Positions 48,529 through 62,829 are shown, numbered from the stretch's first letter. The stretch: DNA of 64,000 bases from Octopus sinensis (GCF_006345805.1 NC_043012.1:55118001-55182000); one strand, 5' to 3'. Notes: generated by a model from the letters alone, not told the origin. Program-made: numbers and translations.

Positions 48529-51135
48529 CAGTTTTACACATTGAAGTAAATAGCAGATGAAAATAATAAAATAAAGACTTATATGAAAGGACAGGAAAAC
48601 TAACAGAATTTGACAAGACAATATTGAATCTTTTGGTTCAGTTGATTTATAAGATTATAATTTTTCGGACACTTAATCTAGGTTTCAATTAATTTCATCT
48701 CCAATCATGATCATATTCCTTAAAGTGGACATCACACAAAATCTTTTACTGAAAGATAAATAAAAATACCTAAAAATTTGTATGCAAATTGTCCATGCAT
48801 CAGTGATTTAGTGGTTAGCAACATTTAGCTTAGAAATTAGCCTAGCTCGGTCAAGTGTAGTTTGATGATGACTGGAGATCAAACTGATTAAAATGTGAAA
48901 ATGTGGGGGGTTATAATCATTATCATTGATTTAACACTTGCTTTTCCATGATTATATGGATCGGACAGGATTCATTGAGGCAAATTATCTATGGCTGGAT
49001 ACCCTTCCTGTTGCCAACCCTTACCTATTTTCAAGCAAATTAATATTTCCCCATGACCAGAAATGTTTACATAGCAAACTGGAAACAAAGGGCTTGACAT
49101 GTATGATGGTGACAAAACAAGGACATACACATATGTCAAAACAAGGACATACACATATAAGGATATATACATAAACAAGGCTGTTTTCAGTTTTGATCAA
49201 CCCAAACCACTCACAAGGCCTTGGTCAACCCAGGGTTATAGATGAAAATATTGCTTTAAAGTGGAACTGAATCTAAAATCATGCTTAAACTTTTTAATTA
49301 CACAGCCATTCTGTTACCTATGTGTATCTTTTACCTTTCACTTGTTTCAGTCATTACACTGTGGCTAAGCTGGGGCACCACTTTGAAGAACTTTTAGTCA
49401 AATGAATCAACCCCAGTACTCATTTTTATTTTTTTAGCCTGGTACTTATTCTATTGGTCTCTTCTGTCAAAATGCTAAGCTATAGGGACATAAACACACC
49501 AACACCAGTTGTCAAACAGTAGAAACACACACACACACACACATACATACGAAGAAACACACACACACACATATGCATAAATGTCAAACAAGAATGAGTG
49601 CTCAATCATCAAAATCTGCCTTTCATTGTTTATAATCTGTACCTGCATTTTGGTTACGAAATAAGCTAGACAGAGCGTGTTTTTGAATTACGCGTATTTA
49701 CTTTACATACATGTATGAGTTGAAATCTTTCTTTTAACATTTCGCTTAACATCTATGTTCCATGCTGGCATGGGTTGGAGAGTTATTAATGTAGAAAGTT
49801 CGTATCTCAGCTACAAGCAGTTGAGATCTGTATAATCTAGATAGTGTTTTTAAATTTCATTATTCTTTAACCTGGGCAACACCAGGTATCTCTGCTGGTT
49901 TTATTAATATAAAAAGTACATTTGCACTCCAGATAACTTGCTTATTATGTAGTTATGTGGTTCACTGTATAGGATTTCTGGCTCAATTTGTTGATATCCA
50001 CTTACAATGAGTTTGGTTGTTGAATTATTAGTTTTCAGAAACAACATAAACACAAGACCACATCAACTATTGTTACTTTCAAGATGTCAGAGCTAATTGG
50101 GTTGAGAAATCAATATCTGTTAATTTAGCTTATCACCTTTGTTTTAATTTTTAATAAAGCGATAGCATCCAATCTATGGTCACTTCAAGTTCTTCATTAA
50201 TGCTATCGATCCAGTGCAGACAATAGGTGCACAAAAGGCATATTGAGAGAGTGCCAGATGTACTGAGGAAGATAATATCAAAAGCAGTCATGAATTAAAA
50301 AAGAAATACAAGCTGCTCTACTGACTGGGTGACAGAGCGCCGGTATTAGAGATAAGCAGTTAGAATTTGGATTAGATTCACTGGGTGACAGTCATTATCA
50401 ACAGCAAGGATTTTGTTTAGCATTTAAACTGGCCATATCTGGCCCAAATATTCTATCTGTTTTGTGCTCAAGATAACGAAATCAGGCCTCTCATATCTAC
50501 CCTATGAACATTATTCTAAAAACAATCACATTACATCACTGAAATCCTGAAGCTACGAGATAATGCATGAGTAATTCAAAACAATGAATAAATAAGTATC
50601 AAATTTGACAGATTAACCTGAATGTTAACTTGAATGCACCAGTGATGGTGGAACTATATGGTCTCTTGACTTGTTAAAAGTAGCAGTCAAATCTCCCCTA
50701 AATCCACCTAACTATATTAACAAGGAGGTACTGACAGATTAAATAGTGTAGTTACAATTACCCATAAAAAGACAGGATGGTATTGACTTCCATTGCTTAG
50801 ATCAAAGGTCTACTCAATCAGGACATGCAGATTTGAACATCAACAGCGACTGAGTTTTTTGAAATTCTGTCTTACCACAAAAGGTAGACAACTAACTTTC
50901 TATTGTGGTGTTGTAATAACATAAAAGGTGGACACTAAATGTAACATCAGTGATGATTGGTGATCGACCAGATAGGCTAAAGATGCTCAGTTGAATGAAA
51001 AAAGGGGTTGAGAAAAAAGGATCAGGCTCAGCTCCACTGAATGGCATTTTGAGCATGTGTCCTCCTATGATAGCACCATGCTGACCAATGTCTTGCGAGT
51101 AAATTTGGTACATGGAAACTGTGTGGAAGCTTATC

Positions 51136-51169
<34 letters not shown>

Positions 51170-51644
51170 TGTGTGTGTATGAGTGTGTGCACATGCGTGT
51201 GAGCATGTTTGCAATTGTCCACCCCATCACTCCATCATTTGATCAGCAGTTTTGATTTGTTTACCTTCCCATAACCTGGCAGTGCAGCAAAAGGAGACTA
51301 ATAACATAAGTGCCATACTGAAAATAAGGATTAGGGTTGATTTGTTCAACGTAAAACCCTTGAAGATGGTTCTGCAGCAATGGCTGCAGTTCAACAAGTG
51401 AAATAAACAAAAGAATAAAAGAATTAACGATGAGTGAATTGAAAAAGTAATTGTGTTTTGAAAGACGCTAGCCATTACATAAAATAAAAATGACCATGCA
51501 GGTACAGACCTGTTACAGAAATGGTTAATATATGATTTGTATTATCAACTGGTTTGTACGAGGTCATTCATTAACACACGCCAACTTCTAGTGCATCAAC
51601 TTACTACTTCCCCTCTCTGCCTTGTCTACTGATATACAATGACC

Positions 51645-52025
51645 TCTGTGGAGGCGCAATGGCCCAGTGGTTAGAGCAGTAGACTCACAGTTGGTAGATT
51701 GCGGTTTTAATTCCCAGACAGAGTGTTGTGTTTATTGAGTGAAAACACCTAAAGCTCCAAAGGCTCCAGCAGGGGATGGTGGCGAACCCTGCTGTACTCT
51801 TTCACCACAACTTTCTCTCACTCTTTCTTCCTGTTTCTGTCGTACCTGTATTTCAAAGGGCCAGCCTTGTCACACTCTGTATTATGCTGAATCTCCGCGA
51901 GAACTACATTAAGGGTACACGTGTCTGAGGAGTGCTCAGCCACTTGCATGTTAATTTCACGAGCAGACTGTTCTGTTGATCGGATCAACTGGAACCCTTG
52001 TCGTCATAGCCAACAGAGTGCCATG
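51645..52025 (+). mobile_element. tRNA-derived SINE, head A + tail Y, 9-bp TSD ACAATGACC
   Basis: GGCGCAATGGCCCAGTGGTTAGAGC head; TSD at 51636-51644 and 52026-52034. Confidence 0.85.
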
Positions 52026-52040
52026 ACAATGACCGCTAAG

Positions 52041-52355
52041 AAAGGCGTGTGGCTTAGTGGTTAGGGTATTTAGCTCACAATCAAAGGGTCATGAGTTTGA
52101 TTCCCAGTGGAACATTATATCCTTGAGCAACACACTTTATTTCACGTTGCTCTAGTCCACTTAACTGGCAAAAATGAGTTGTATCTGCATTTCAAAGGGC
52201 TAGCTATTTCATGCTGAATCTCCCTGAGAACTATGTTAAGGGTATGTATGTCTGTGGAATGCTCAGCTGCTTGCACATTAATTCCATAAGCAGGCTGTTC
52301 CATTGGTTGGATCACCTGGAACCCTCATTGTCATAACCGACAGGGTGTCAGTTTG
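52041..52355 (+). mobile_element. tRNA-derived SINE, head B + tail Y
   Basis: GGCGTGTGGCTTAGTGGTTAGG head, TTGAGCAACACACTTTATTTCACGTTGCTC centre, tail shared with the 51645 element. Confidence 0.75.
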
Positions 52356-54449
52356 TAGTGACCTCTGTTCTTCAAATTCTAGGAGCTCCTGATTAATTTT
52401 TATTTGTTTGTCACCCTGATCTTGGCTAACTTTTGTAATCACTCCTTCCTTACGAGAATATTGGATTGCTAGAATTCCCTCTCTGTACAAGTTTTTTCCA
52501 GCAGCTGTTGATTTGCAAGTCTTCTGGGATCACACTGAACATGTTGTTTTCATCAGTTTTATGGGATTTGTAAAGGCCATAAACATATTTCCTTCCCACC
52601 AACCAATCGAGTGATTTTTTTTATATTTAAAAATGAAAATAATAATAATAAATGGTAGTAGTTTCCATCTACCAAATTCACTCACAAGGCATTGGTTGGC
52701 CTGAGGCTAGAAGAAACTTGCCCAAGGTGCTATGCAGTGGGACTGAACCAGGGACAATGTGGTTAGAAAGCAAGCTTCTTACCACACAGCCATGTCTGCA
52801 CCTATATGTCTATACACACATACACACAATCAGCTTCCACAGAGTTTCTGCTTACCAAATTCACTCACTAGGCTCAGGGCTATAGTAGAAGCCTCTACAA
52901 AGTTGATCAGCCTGCTAGAAGCAATCCTAAAATTTCCTTAAAATATTCTTTTTTATTCTCGGCACAAAGCTCAAAATTTTGGGGGAAGGGGCCAGTTGAT
53001 TAGATCAACCCCAGTATGCAAATGGTACTTAATTTATCAACCCCGAAAGGATGACAGGCAAAGTCGACCTCTGTGGAATTTGAATTCAGAATGTAAAGAC
53101 AGATAAAATATCACTAAGAATTTCGCCCACCGTGCTAATGTTTTTGCCAGCTCGCCACCTTTACTTAAAATATTGAGGACACATTAGATAATGTAGCCTT
53201 ACACGGCCTTAAAAAGATGAGATGGTCACAGCTGGAATGCTCTTGATCATACAGAAGTTTGGTCGATTAGTGTTGAGCTGGGATTAAATGGCAATGACAA
53301 CTTTACATGCTGAGTTGATTATTTTAGTTTTGTGCCGACATGAACAAATTGTAAATAACATTGATTATAAAACTGTTCCTGATTATGACTAAAATCAATA
53401 GTTTCAGCTATCACTTTTGTTTTAAAGGCATCCTAATGAGATTTGGATTTGTAATTTGGGTTGATCAATTATTGATAAACAGCATACAGCAAATACAAAC
53501 CCAGTAGCATTCAAACTGACTAAATCTAAACAAAGGTATTTGTTCCAACTGGCCATATTTGAACAGAACTTCCCATTGATAATATCATGCACATAACGAC
53601 ATAATTTTCTCATTTCACTCAATTTATATGAATACGTTAACATCTGGCTAATTGGGATAATACAATGTCAGCTATCGTTTACAGTACTTTCCTTTTCTTA
53701 CCAAGATAAATAGAAAAAGCAAACAAAAAGTAAAACCATTCCTAGTATAATGTTTATAAACCTAACTTACACTTGAAAGAAATCCTAGAGGTAATTAACA
53801 GATATTGTTGCTAAGAACATAATACATGTGAATCTGAAAACATAGTGTTTAGCTTTGAAACAATAATGCTAACAACATGTTAACCCTTTTGTTACTGTAT
53901 TTATTTTGAGATGCTCTGAGTTTTTGTCAATTAATTTCAAATATAACAAAGAATTTAGTAAAATTGTGACTAAGATTTGGTGGAAGATTTTAATTCAAAA
54001 GCTATGAAAACAAGACATTTGTAGTACAGAGCCAGAGGTGGTTTCATCCGGGGTGGTATCGAAAGTGTGAACATATCTAACATTCAGAAGCAATAACTTG
54101 GATCTCTGTCCGTGTCACTGAGCATAGTTGTTTAGCCCATATCAGGACAATTACACTCCCATAGGACAATTATCCCTGATGACAATTACCCTGCTCTCTA
54201 ATATATTAAAAAGCTTTAAATCATCATCTGTTGTCTGCTGGGGGACTATTGTCCATGAGGGGTATTGTTTAACCTGCTAGAAACAACAGTAAAGTTTCTC
54301 TAAAATCTCTCTTCCTCACTCTTCACGCTCCTGTCTACCCTGTTCACTTTTGTATTGCCATTTATCACCTCTTCCCCATTCCTATTTCCTTCATCTGCAC
54401 CCCACTGACTATGCTTCCTTTCCAGTTTGCCACTTGCTGCACCACCTAT

Positions 54450-54662
54450 CTCTTTTACTCTTTTACTTGTTTCAGTCATTTGACTGTGGCCAGGCTGGAG
54501 CACCGCCTTTAGTCAAGCAAATTGACCCCAGGACTTATTCTTTGTAAGCCTAGTACTTATTCCATCGGTCTCTTTTGCCGAACCACTAAGTTACGGGGAT
54601 GTAAACACACCAGCATCAGTTGTCAAGCGATGTTGGGGGGACAAATACAGACATACAAACAT

Positions 54663-54693
<31 letters not shown>

Positions 54694-54858
54694 CATATAT
54701 ACAACGGACTTCTTTCAGTTTCCATCTACCAAATCCACTCACAAGGCTTTGGTCGGCCCGAGGCTATAGTAGAAGACACTTGCCCAAGGTGCCACACAGT
54801 GGGACTGAACCTGGAACCATGTGGTTGGTAAGCAAGCTACTTACCACACAGCCACTCT
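54450..54858 (-). mobile_element. SINE family 1 copy
   Basis: Reverse complement of the family. Confidence 0.85.
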
Positions 54859-55499
54859 TTTTGTTAATGAATAGTTGGAAGAGAAAAGCAGTGCCCATGA
54901 CACTTTTTGTAAGACCTCCATATTTGGTGGAGAAAAAACCAAAAACATATCCAGACACCCGATCCATCCAATTGTTTGCAACAGAACAGATTCCTTTTAC
55001 TAAAAGGCACCCAAGAACCAGGACGTGATGTTAAACAGAACAAAGGAATAAGTTTGCCACCCACGAATAGGTACAAGCTATCCAGAGATCTAAGCTCATT
55101 AGCTTTTCATTTGACTTCTTCAATATTAATCTCTTATGAGTGCATGCATTCACTCCTTCTGTATAACTTATGCAAATAGACACTTGGTGGAACCAGAGGA
55201 AATCAGATTTGACTGCCATCTGTCACACAGCTAGAACAACTGTTAATACACCTTTTGTTTATACATTGACTGATTCATTATTTAAACTATATTACATTCA
55301 AATATAACCAGAACTGGAGAGAAACACAGATCAGGTTCTCAAACTTCCTTCTTCATTCACTGATCCAATGTTTCTAAAATGTCTGGCATTTAACTCTTTT
55401 AATACCAACCTGTTTAAGACTGTCTCAGACAATCATTACAAGCTTACAGTTTAAAAGTGATCTAAAGTAAAACATTCTGCCAAAATTTCTTTTTAACAT

Positions 55500-56128
55500 A
55501 TATTCTGAACACTTACATTCTGATTTACATTGCCATTTATTCCCATTTATATTCTGGTCCCCATCTCTCTCCTGCTCTCTCTTGCATTCCTGCTGTTTCC
55601 CACTCTTTTTCTCTCTCTCCTTCTCTTCAGGCTGGGTAACCATGTACCTCCTTTACAGCAGCATGCCTGTTTCTATACCCTCTCACTCTGGTTGAGTGAC
55701 CATCTACCTCTCCTACAGCAAGACACCTGTTTCTGTCTCTGTCCCACTATAACCGTCAATCATTTAACACAAAATCCCCTCCTACAATACCCCCTCCCAT
55801 CTCAAAGGATCTTTGTCTTGCAAGTTACTTGGTGACCCTACTGGTGCTGGTGCCACTTAGAAAGCATCCAGTCCACACTGTAAAGTGGTTGGCATTTGGA
55901 AGGGCATCCATCTGTGAAAACCTTGCCAAACTGACCTTGCCTGTGTTGGTGCCATGTAAAAAGCACTTAGTCCACTCTGCTGAGTGGTGGGTGTCAGGAA
56001 GGTATCCAGATCCCCCCCCCTGCCAAAACAGATACAGAAGTCTGGTGCAGGCTCCTGCCTGGCCAGCTCCTGTCAAACCGTTCAACTTATGCCAGCATGG
56101 AAGGCAGACATTAAACGATGATGATAAT
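55500..56128 (+). mobile_element. 5'-truncated RTE: C/T-rich UTR plus terminal module with 99-bp internal period
   Basis: GTCCAC starts at 55871 and 55970; tail GCATGGAAGGCAGACATTAAACGATGATGAT. Confidence 0.75.
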
Positions 56129-58684
56129 AAAGAACACCAACTTAACAATGACAAAGCAATTTTACTAAAACAATTATAGCATGGAAGATGCATATTAGCT
56201 ATACAAAAACACACAAAGACAAAAACTTTACTTAATTATTTGGTGTCAAATTTTCAGCACACCAGCAGTACTAAAATTGGACTTGTGATTAGGTTGGAGT
56301 GGTTGCAATGAAAATTTTAACACCAAATAAATGTTTAATAAGTGTCTTCCATGTTGTAATTTTTTTCAGTTTAAACGCTTCAACACATGACTGCAGAACC
56401 AATCACTTTTCCTGGCAGTAAACACATCCAAAATTATTTTAAGGAATTCTACTTTATTTCCAAAATGAACCGAGACACAATATATTTCCACAGAAATATA
56501 ACAATGAAAGGGCCAAACACTTTCAGATACTGAAAAGCCTTTGAAAAAGGTTATGGAATGGAACCAAACTGTTCTCTGACACTTTTAACCCTTTAGTATT
56601 TAAACTGGGTACATCCTTGCCAAATGATCTGGCCAGATCTCACTTGTCACACCTATCCTACAATGTCATTCTAATAATATACAATTACATCATCGAAATT
56701 TCAAAGCTGCAAGTAATGCATGATTAATTCAAAAACAATGTGAATAAATAAGCATTACATTTTGCAGAATAATAAAGGTTTAAACCAGGAATGGCCAACT
56801 TGTGGCCTGCACACTTTCATCTTGTAGCCCGCTTGATACTTTTTTGGAGTATTGTGTTTAATTTCAAAATAAAATTGTTTGTGTTAAACATTTGTTTCAA
56901 AATAAATTTAAAATTTATAAATGGCAATAAAGCAATAGCCTAAAATTTTATAATTTTAAACAATTGAAAAGTATGAAAAACTCTTGATTCGTAACTTGAT
57001 TATTTGACTATTAGAGCATAAAGTATACAAGTGAACCTCAAAAAACTTTCTGTGATTGAAGTTGCCCGCAATGTCATTCAAGTTGACCAGGCCTGGTTTA
57101 AACGATATCTAAATACACTACTTTTATAGACTTTCAATAGTTTATAGTTAGAATAGTGAGGTTTCTGAGCCAATGAAGGAGCCTCTACATAGTTCACCAA
57201 TCTGCTAGAAGTAGTAGTCAAAATTTCTTTTAATTGTGTGTGCCTTAAGAAAAAAAAAAAAAAAGGAATGGGACACATTGGAAAATGTGATCCAATAAAC
57301 ACTATGTCTAAAAGATAAGATCACAGCTGGATCAAAGGTCTGCTCAATAACAGTGACCTGGAAAGGGAAGAGGGGTTAACATAGCAGAATATGATCAAAT
57401 CCTGGACTGGGATGTGTTGTGTTCTTGAGCAAGACAATTTACTTCACGTTGCTCCAGTTCATCAGCTGTAGAAATGAGCTTCGACATCACTGGTGCCAAG
57501 TTGTATCGGACTTTGCCTTTCTTTTGGATAACATTGAAGGTGTGGAGAGGGGAGGCTGTTATGCATGGGGGACTGGTCGTATTCCATAAACAACCTTGCC
57601 TGGGCCTGTGCCTCAGTGGGTAACCTTCTAGGTGCATCCCATGGTCATTCATGACCGAAAGGGGTCTTTTACCCTTTTAAAATATGATCACAGAATATAC
57701 AGTAGATAAAGGACCACCGACAATGAGCAAAACCAACACTGAAAGTGGTGCATCAGCCTGGTTGAAACAAAAACAACATTCCTGGAATACATTTCTTACC
57801 AACTCATACTTTTATTTATATTATCTTTAATGTGCTTCATCATTAGAATGTGGCCATGCTGGAGCATGACCTTGAAGGGTTTAGTTGAATAAATCAACCA
57901 GAGAACTAATGAAGCCTGGTACCTTTTCTATTAACTTCTTTTGTTGACCTACTAAGTTATGCAGACATAAACAAACCTACACCAGTTGTCAAGTGATGGA
58001 GAGGGAACATACAGACAAACACACACACACACACACATACGGCAGGCTTCCACACAATTTTCTTCTACCAAATTCATTCAGAAGACATTGTTCACCCCAG
58101 AGCTCTAGCAGAAGACATTTGCCTAAGGTGCTGCGCAGTGGGACTGACCCCAGTACCACATGGTTCTAAAGCAAGCTTCTTAGCCACACAGCCATACCAG
58201 CACCTAATTACTTTTTCAATTATTATGGGTCACTCTTCAATTAATATACTTGAAGAAGTTGTTCCTATAACCGATTTATACTTAATTTTTTTTTCATAAC
58301 CTGATTATACTTCTCTATGCTTAAGATAATCCATTTCTTCTCTCACAGCACGTCTGACAACCATCTGTTGTCTTTAATTTATTACCTCATAAAAAATCTT
58401 TTGCATGTCATAAAAACCTGACTGTAAGTATTTATGTACAAGTTGTTAGAAAATACAGGTAAAAATACAGGTAAGAATACTGCTTGACTTACACAATATC
58501 AATCCCAGAATGAAACAAATCAATAAACTGAACTGATTAGTAGCAGTACAAATGAAGAACTTTCTACAGTTTGATGTATCAGCCAAATTTCTTTCTTGAC
58601 ACATTTTTGAAATACAGTTCATGTTTTGAAGTTCTTAATAAACAGCATAGCACAGACATAGCTTAAGATTAATGCTGTGTCAGA

Positions 58685-58792
58685 TGCAGGCATCCAGCAA
58701 CAGGACCTCTGTAATGCTATGATGGGCCATGAAGTCTGGCGTAGCATGGTATTTTCCATTGTCTCGACCACGGTCGAACAATGATGATGATG
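58685..58792 (+). mobile_element. RTEX-like 3' fragment
   Basis: CAGCAACAGGACCTCTGTAATGCTATGATG...TCGACCACGGTCGAACAATGATGATG. Confidence 0.8.
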
Positions 58793-59048
58793 TGTCAGAT
58801 ATGGAGGTAGAACATAAAGCAATATATGGGTGATTTTGTACTTGCTTGTATAGGCACAAACATGGCAGTGTGTTTAAGAAGTTTGCTACCCAGCTACATG
58901 GTTCCAGGTTCAGCCATACTTTATAGTATCTTGGGTGTCTTCTAATATAGCCTTGGGCTGACCAAAGCCTTGTAAGTGGATTTGGTAGATGGAAAGAAAC
59001 TTATTATTTTAACAGTTTAAATATGCTTTAAGTATGATATACAGATTG

Positions 59049-59592
59049 TGGAAAGACTTCTGCCCGTCCCCCACCATTTTCTCCCAAATTTGTTTATTTT
59101 TGTTATTTTTTTTGCCGTTTCGGATATGGAGGTTCCGGAAAATTGCTAAAAATCAGTACTGTGAAATTTTTTCACCCCCTTTCCTCCTAACATCTTCAAT
59201 TTTGACTTTTTTCCCCAACACTAATACTAAAACCCTAACCCTAAAACCCCAACTGTAATCATAACCCTAACCATAAAACTGTAACCGTAAGTACAGAAAT
59301 GTTTTGAAATTTTTGTCCCAATCATGATGTCCGTATTTTTCTACATATTTAGAAAAAAAGAAAATTCTTAAAAAAAATTTTACAAAGATTTTTGGAAATT
59401 TTTCTCAGAATCATAATCTCCATATTTTTCTGCATATTTAAAAGAAAATTTTGAAAAAAGTTAAAAATGAAGGAAATGTCGATTTATGCCAATTTTTTTG
59501 CAGATTCATATTCCCCATAGCTGAAAAGGGGGTGGGTTGTGTAGGAAAATAAAATTTTTAAGATGGTTGGGGGTGGGGATGGAAGTCTTGCC
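59049..59592. mobile_element. Probable MITE with short TIRs (…AAGACTTC), flanking CAGATT direct repeat and internal CCCTAA motifs
   Basis: GTGGAAAGACTTC at left, GAAGTCTTGCCC at right; CAGATT on both sides. Confidence 0.55.
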
Positions 59593-60644
59593 CAGATTGC
59601 TTATTAATGTGTGTGTGTGTGTGTGTTGACATGATGTAATCATTGTGAGTACCACTGTCGTACAGTGTCATTCATTTCCAATATTCTGTGTAAACATGTC
59701 TAACCATAGGGAAATATTACTTTGCTTGGAGACAGGTGAGGGTTGGCAACAGGAAGGGCATCAGGCTACATCTCAATAAAGCTCCATCTAATCCATGCAA
59801 GTTTGGAAAGAGTGGACACTAAAACTATGATGGTGATATCCAGGGATATATGGGTTGCTCAGAATGTTGCTGCAGCTATGGCTAACTCATAGGAGAGAGG
59901 GCAGCAAATGTGATCTTTTACAGAGCCTTTTCATCAAAAGGAAGCAGGGAACTTAAGATGCAGAAATAATCTAAAGATAGGGTAAAGGCCCCCTTTGGTC
60001 ATATATGACCATGCATCGAGAAAGTTCCAATTTAAGGCACAAGTCTGGGCAAGGTTGTTTATGGAAGACCAGCAGTCCCCTCTCCATGCCACCGATGTCA
60101 TCCAAGGGAAAGGCAAAGGCTGATACAGCTTGGCACCAGTGACATCACAGCTCATTTCTACAGCTGGGTGACCTGGAGCAACACAAAATAAAGTGTCTTG
60201 CTCAAGAACACAACATACAGCCCAGTCTGAGAATCAAATTCCCTATCTCATGATAGTGAGCCAAACACTAACCACTGAGCCAGGACTCTTGGTTTGAAAC
60301 CTTGCAACAGAGGGGACTCTATTAAAGGTACCCAAGGGCTAAGTGATGGTGTCAGGGTTAAAAAAAAACAGGTAATGGATGAAGACTAGCACATTACCAT
60401 TTATTGGTTGCTTCCCTACCATGAAGACCCAAGCTGTGCACAGTGAACACTAACAATGCTAACATATGCTACAAACTTTGCTACAATTCATCAAAGATAA
60501 TTACAGACCTGTCTGAGACAAGCAGAAACATTGACAATAGTGGATGGAGAACTGCTGCCATGATAGCACTGAAACAACACTGCTGGAGCTTCATAACAGT
60601 GAGGGCAACTATATAAGCAGAGCAAAACCACTTTGTATACAAGG

Positions 60645-61015
60645 ACTAGGCATGGCTGTGTGATAAGAAGCTTGCTTCCCAACCACATGGTTCCAAGTTC
60701 AATCCCATTGAGTGGCACCTTTGGCAAGTGTCTTCTACTATAGCCCCAAGCTGACCAAAGCCTTGCGAGTGAATTTGGTAGACAGAAACTGAAAGAAGCC
60801 CATCATACATACATACATATATATATATATACACACATAAATATATGTGTGTGTGTGTGTGTGTGTGCATGTGTGTGTGTTTGTCACTCACCACTGCTTG
60901 ACAACCGGTACTGGTGTGTTTACATCCCCATAACTTAGCAGTTTGGCAAAAGAGAATGACAGAATAAGCACCAAGTACTAAGCATTGGAGTTGATACATT
61001 TGACTAAAAATTCTT
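60645..61015 (+). mobile_element. SINE family 1 copy (older)
   Basis: Head, core and microsatellite recognisable. Confidence 0.75.
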
Positions 61016-61222
61016 TAAGTACAAGATAAACGCAAATATTTAATTATTTCTGTGATGATTTGAGAAGTGGTGACTAGTTACAATTCAGTAAATAATAATA
61101 ATATTCAATAAGCTTAAAGCTTGTAAAAATACTATTTATTATTTATTTATTTATCCAATGCACTGGCATGATGAATGAACTCAAACTACTTTACCCTTTA
61201 GCATTCAGATTACTGTCAAATG

Positions 61223-61559
61223 TTGAGTCCCCCTTCAGTCATGACTGACCGTGGGATTGCACCTAGAAAGTTACCCTCCCTCATACAAGTCCAGGCAAGG
61301 TTGTTTTATGGAAGACCAGCAGTCACCCATGCATACCGGCTTCCCCTCTCCATGCCAACAGTGTTATCCAAGGGAAAGGCAATGGCAGATACAGTTTGGC
61401 ACCAGTGACATCGCAACTCATTTCTACAGCTGAGTGAACTGGAGCAACGTGAAATAAAGTGTCTTGCTCAAGAACACAACATGCAGCCTGATCTGGGATT
61501 CAAACTCACAACCTCAAGATTGTAAGCTTGATGCTCTAACCACTGAGCCATGCACCTTC
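61223..61559 (-). mobile_element. tRNA-derived SINE, head B + tail Z, 11-bp TSD ACTGTCAAATG, inside a TTAA MITE (relatives at ~43855-44160, ~57385-57675, ~59960-60290)
   Basis: TSD at 61212-61222 and 61560-61570; full tRNA-like head on the minus strand. Confidence 0.85.
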
Positions 61560-62829
61560 ACTGTCAAATGTAATGCTTATTTAATCATATTGTTTTGAAT
61601 CAATCATGCATTATCTCATAATTTTGAGATTTTGACAATGCGATTGTTTGTTTTCAGAGTGACATTGTTGGGTAGGTTTGAGAGGCTGAATCTGATCAGT
61701 TTGAACATAAAACAGGCAGAATATTTTGTCCAGATATGGTAGATTTCAAAACTAAAGGGTTAAGCACTAGCAATATGTGGTATATGTTAAGTATAAATTC
61801 CCAATTGATTTTGAGGAGGTTTTTTGGAAGAGTGTGTGTTGGAACATTCATGCATTTCTCACTAATATTAAAAGACAAAGTGGAACCGCTGTTTTCAGGA
61901 ACTAAACTGATGTCATTGACATGGTTTCACCAGGACCTTAACTACCTGAAATTCAGTGATCATCACTCTGACTAATATGTCATCAACCAATGAAGGAGGT
62001 GCCCGACATAACAGGAGAACTCAAGTCAATGAACAAGCCTATACATGGTTTCTCAAAATGCTAGAAATACCAACCAGATCTCTATCAAAGAAACAGGTGA
62101 GGGTTAGCATCAGGAAGAGCATCCACCCCATCAACAAATTTCATCTGGCTCATGTAAGCATGGAAAAGTAGATATTAAATGATGATGATGATGATTACAT
62201 ATTTGTGTTCTTGTGCCAATGTTAGAAACCAGTATTTTTTGGTGATGGCAGTAAGTGTACCATTTCAAATTGTAAGAGAAGTACCCCGTGATGAGGTACA
62301 CTTCAGGATAGTCAATCATTCGTGGATGTTGAAAGATTAAAATCATTTGAGGTTCTGCAGCCTAATTAATTAATTAATTAATTACATCATATGAAAATTT
62401 AGTGCTATTTATTTTTGTCTTATCATTCTCACTTTAGTTATCAATGTGAGAACATTCAAACAATGAACCTTATGTTGTGACAACTTAGTTTATCTCAAAC
62501 GAGGGACATGACATCATGTTATCATTGTTTAGTTCCAGCTCAATCTTGATTGCCCAGACATGAACAAAAGCATCCCAGCCATGACCATTCCATCATATTA
62601 GGGAATATCTAGACAACATAGTTAAGGTGTGTGGTCAAACAGTTAGGTGCTCAACCCACAATCATAAAAAATGAACAACATTGTTTGTGTGATGATGTCA
62701 TTGATTTCCAACCATGATATCAAGGATACACACACACATACACAAGGTTGCTGTAGAGTGGGCTGAACACTGAAAAAATTTAAAATGTATTCACACCGTC
62801 CTCTTTAGTTTATCTTTTATTGTTTCTTT

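Noticed and set aside
53422-53643. 73-aa minus-strand ORF in non-repetitive DNA
   Set aside because: No splice-site framework or homology recognised; length within the random expectation.
54864-55230. Overlapping 62-70 aa ORFs in unique-looking sequence
   Set aside because: Stops in all frames and no recognisable motif; possibly a decayed retroelement ORF1, but unsupported.
59230-59285. Interstitial telomere or fusion site (CCCTAA repeats; also ~5830-5845)
   Set aside because: Only 2-3 imperfect hexamers, located inside TIR-bounded elements.
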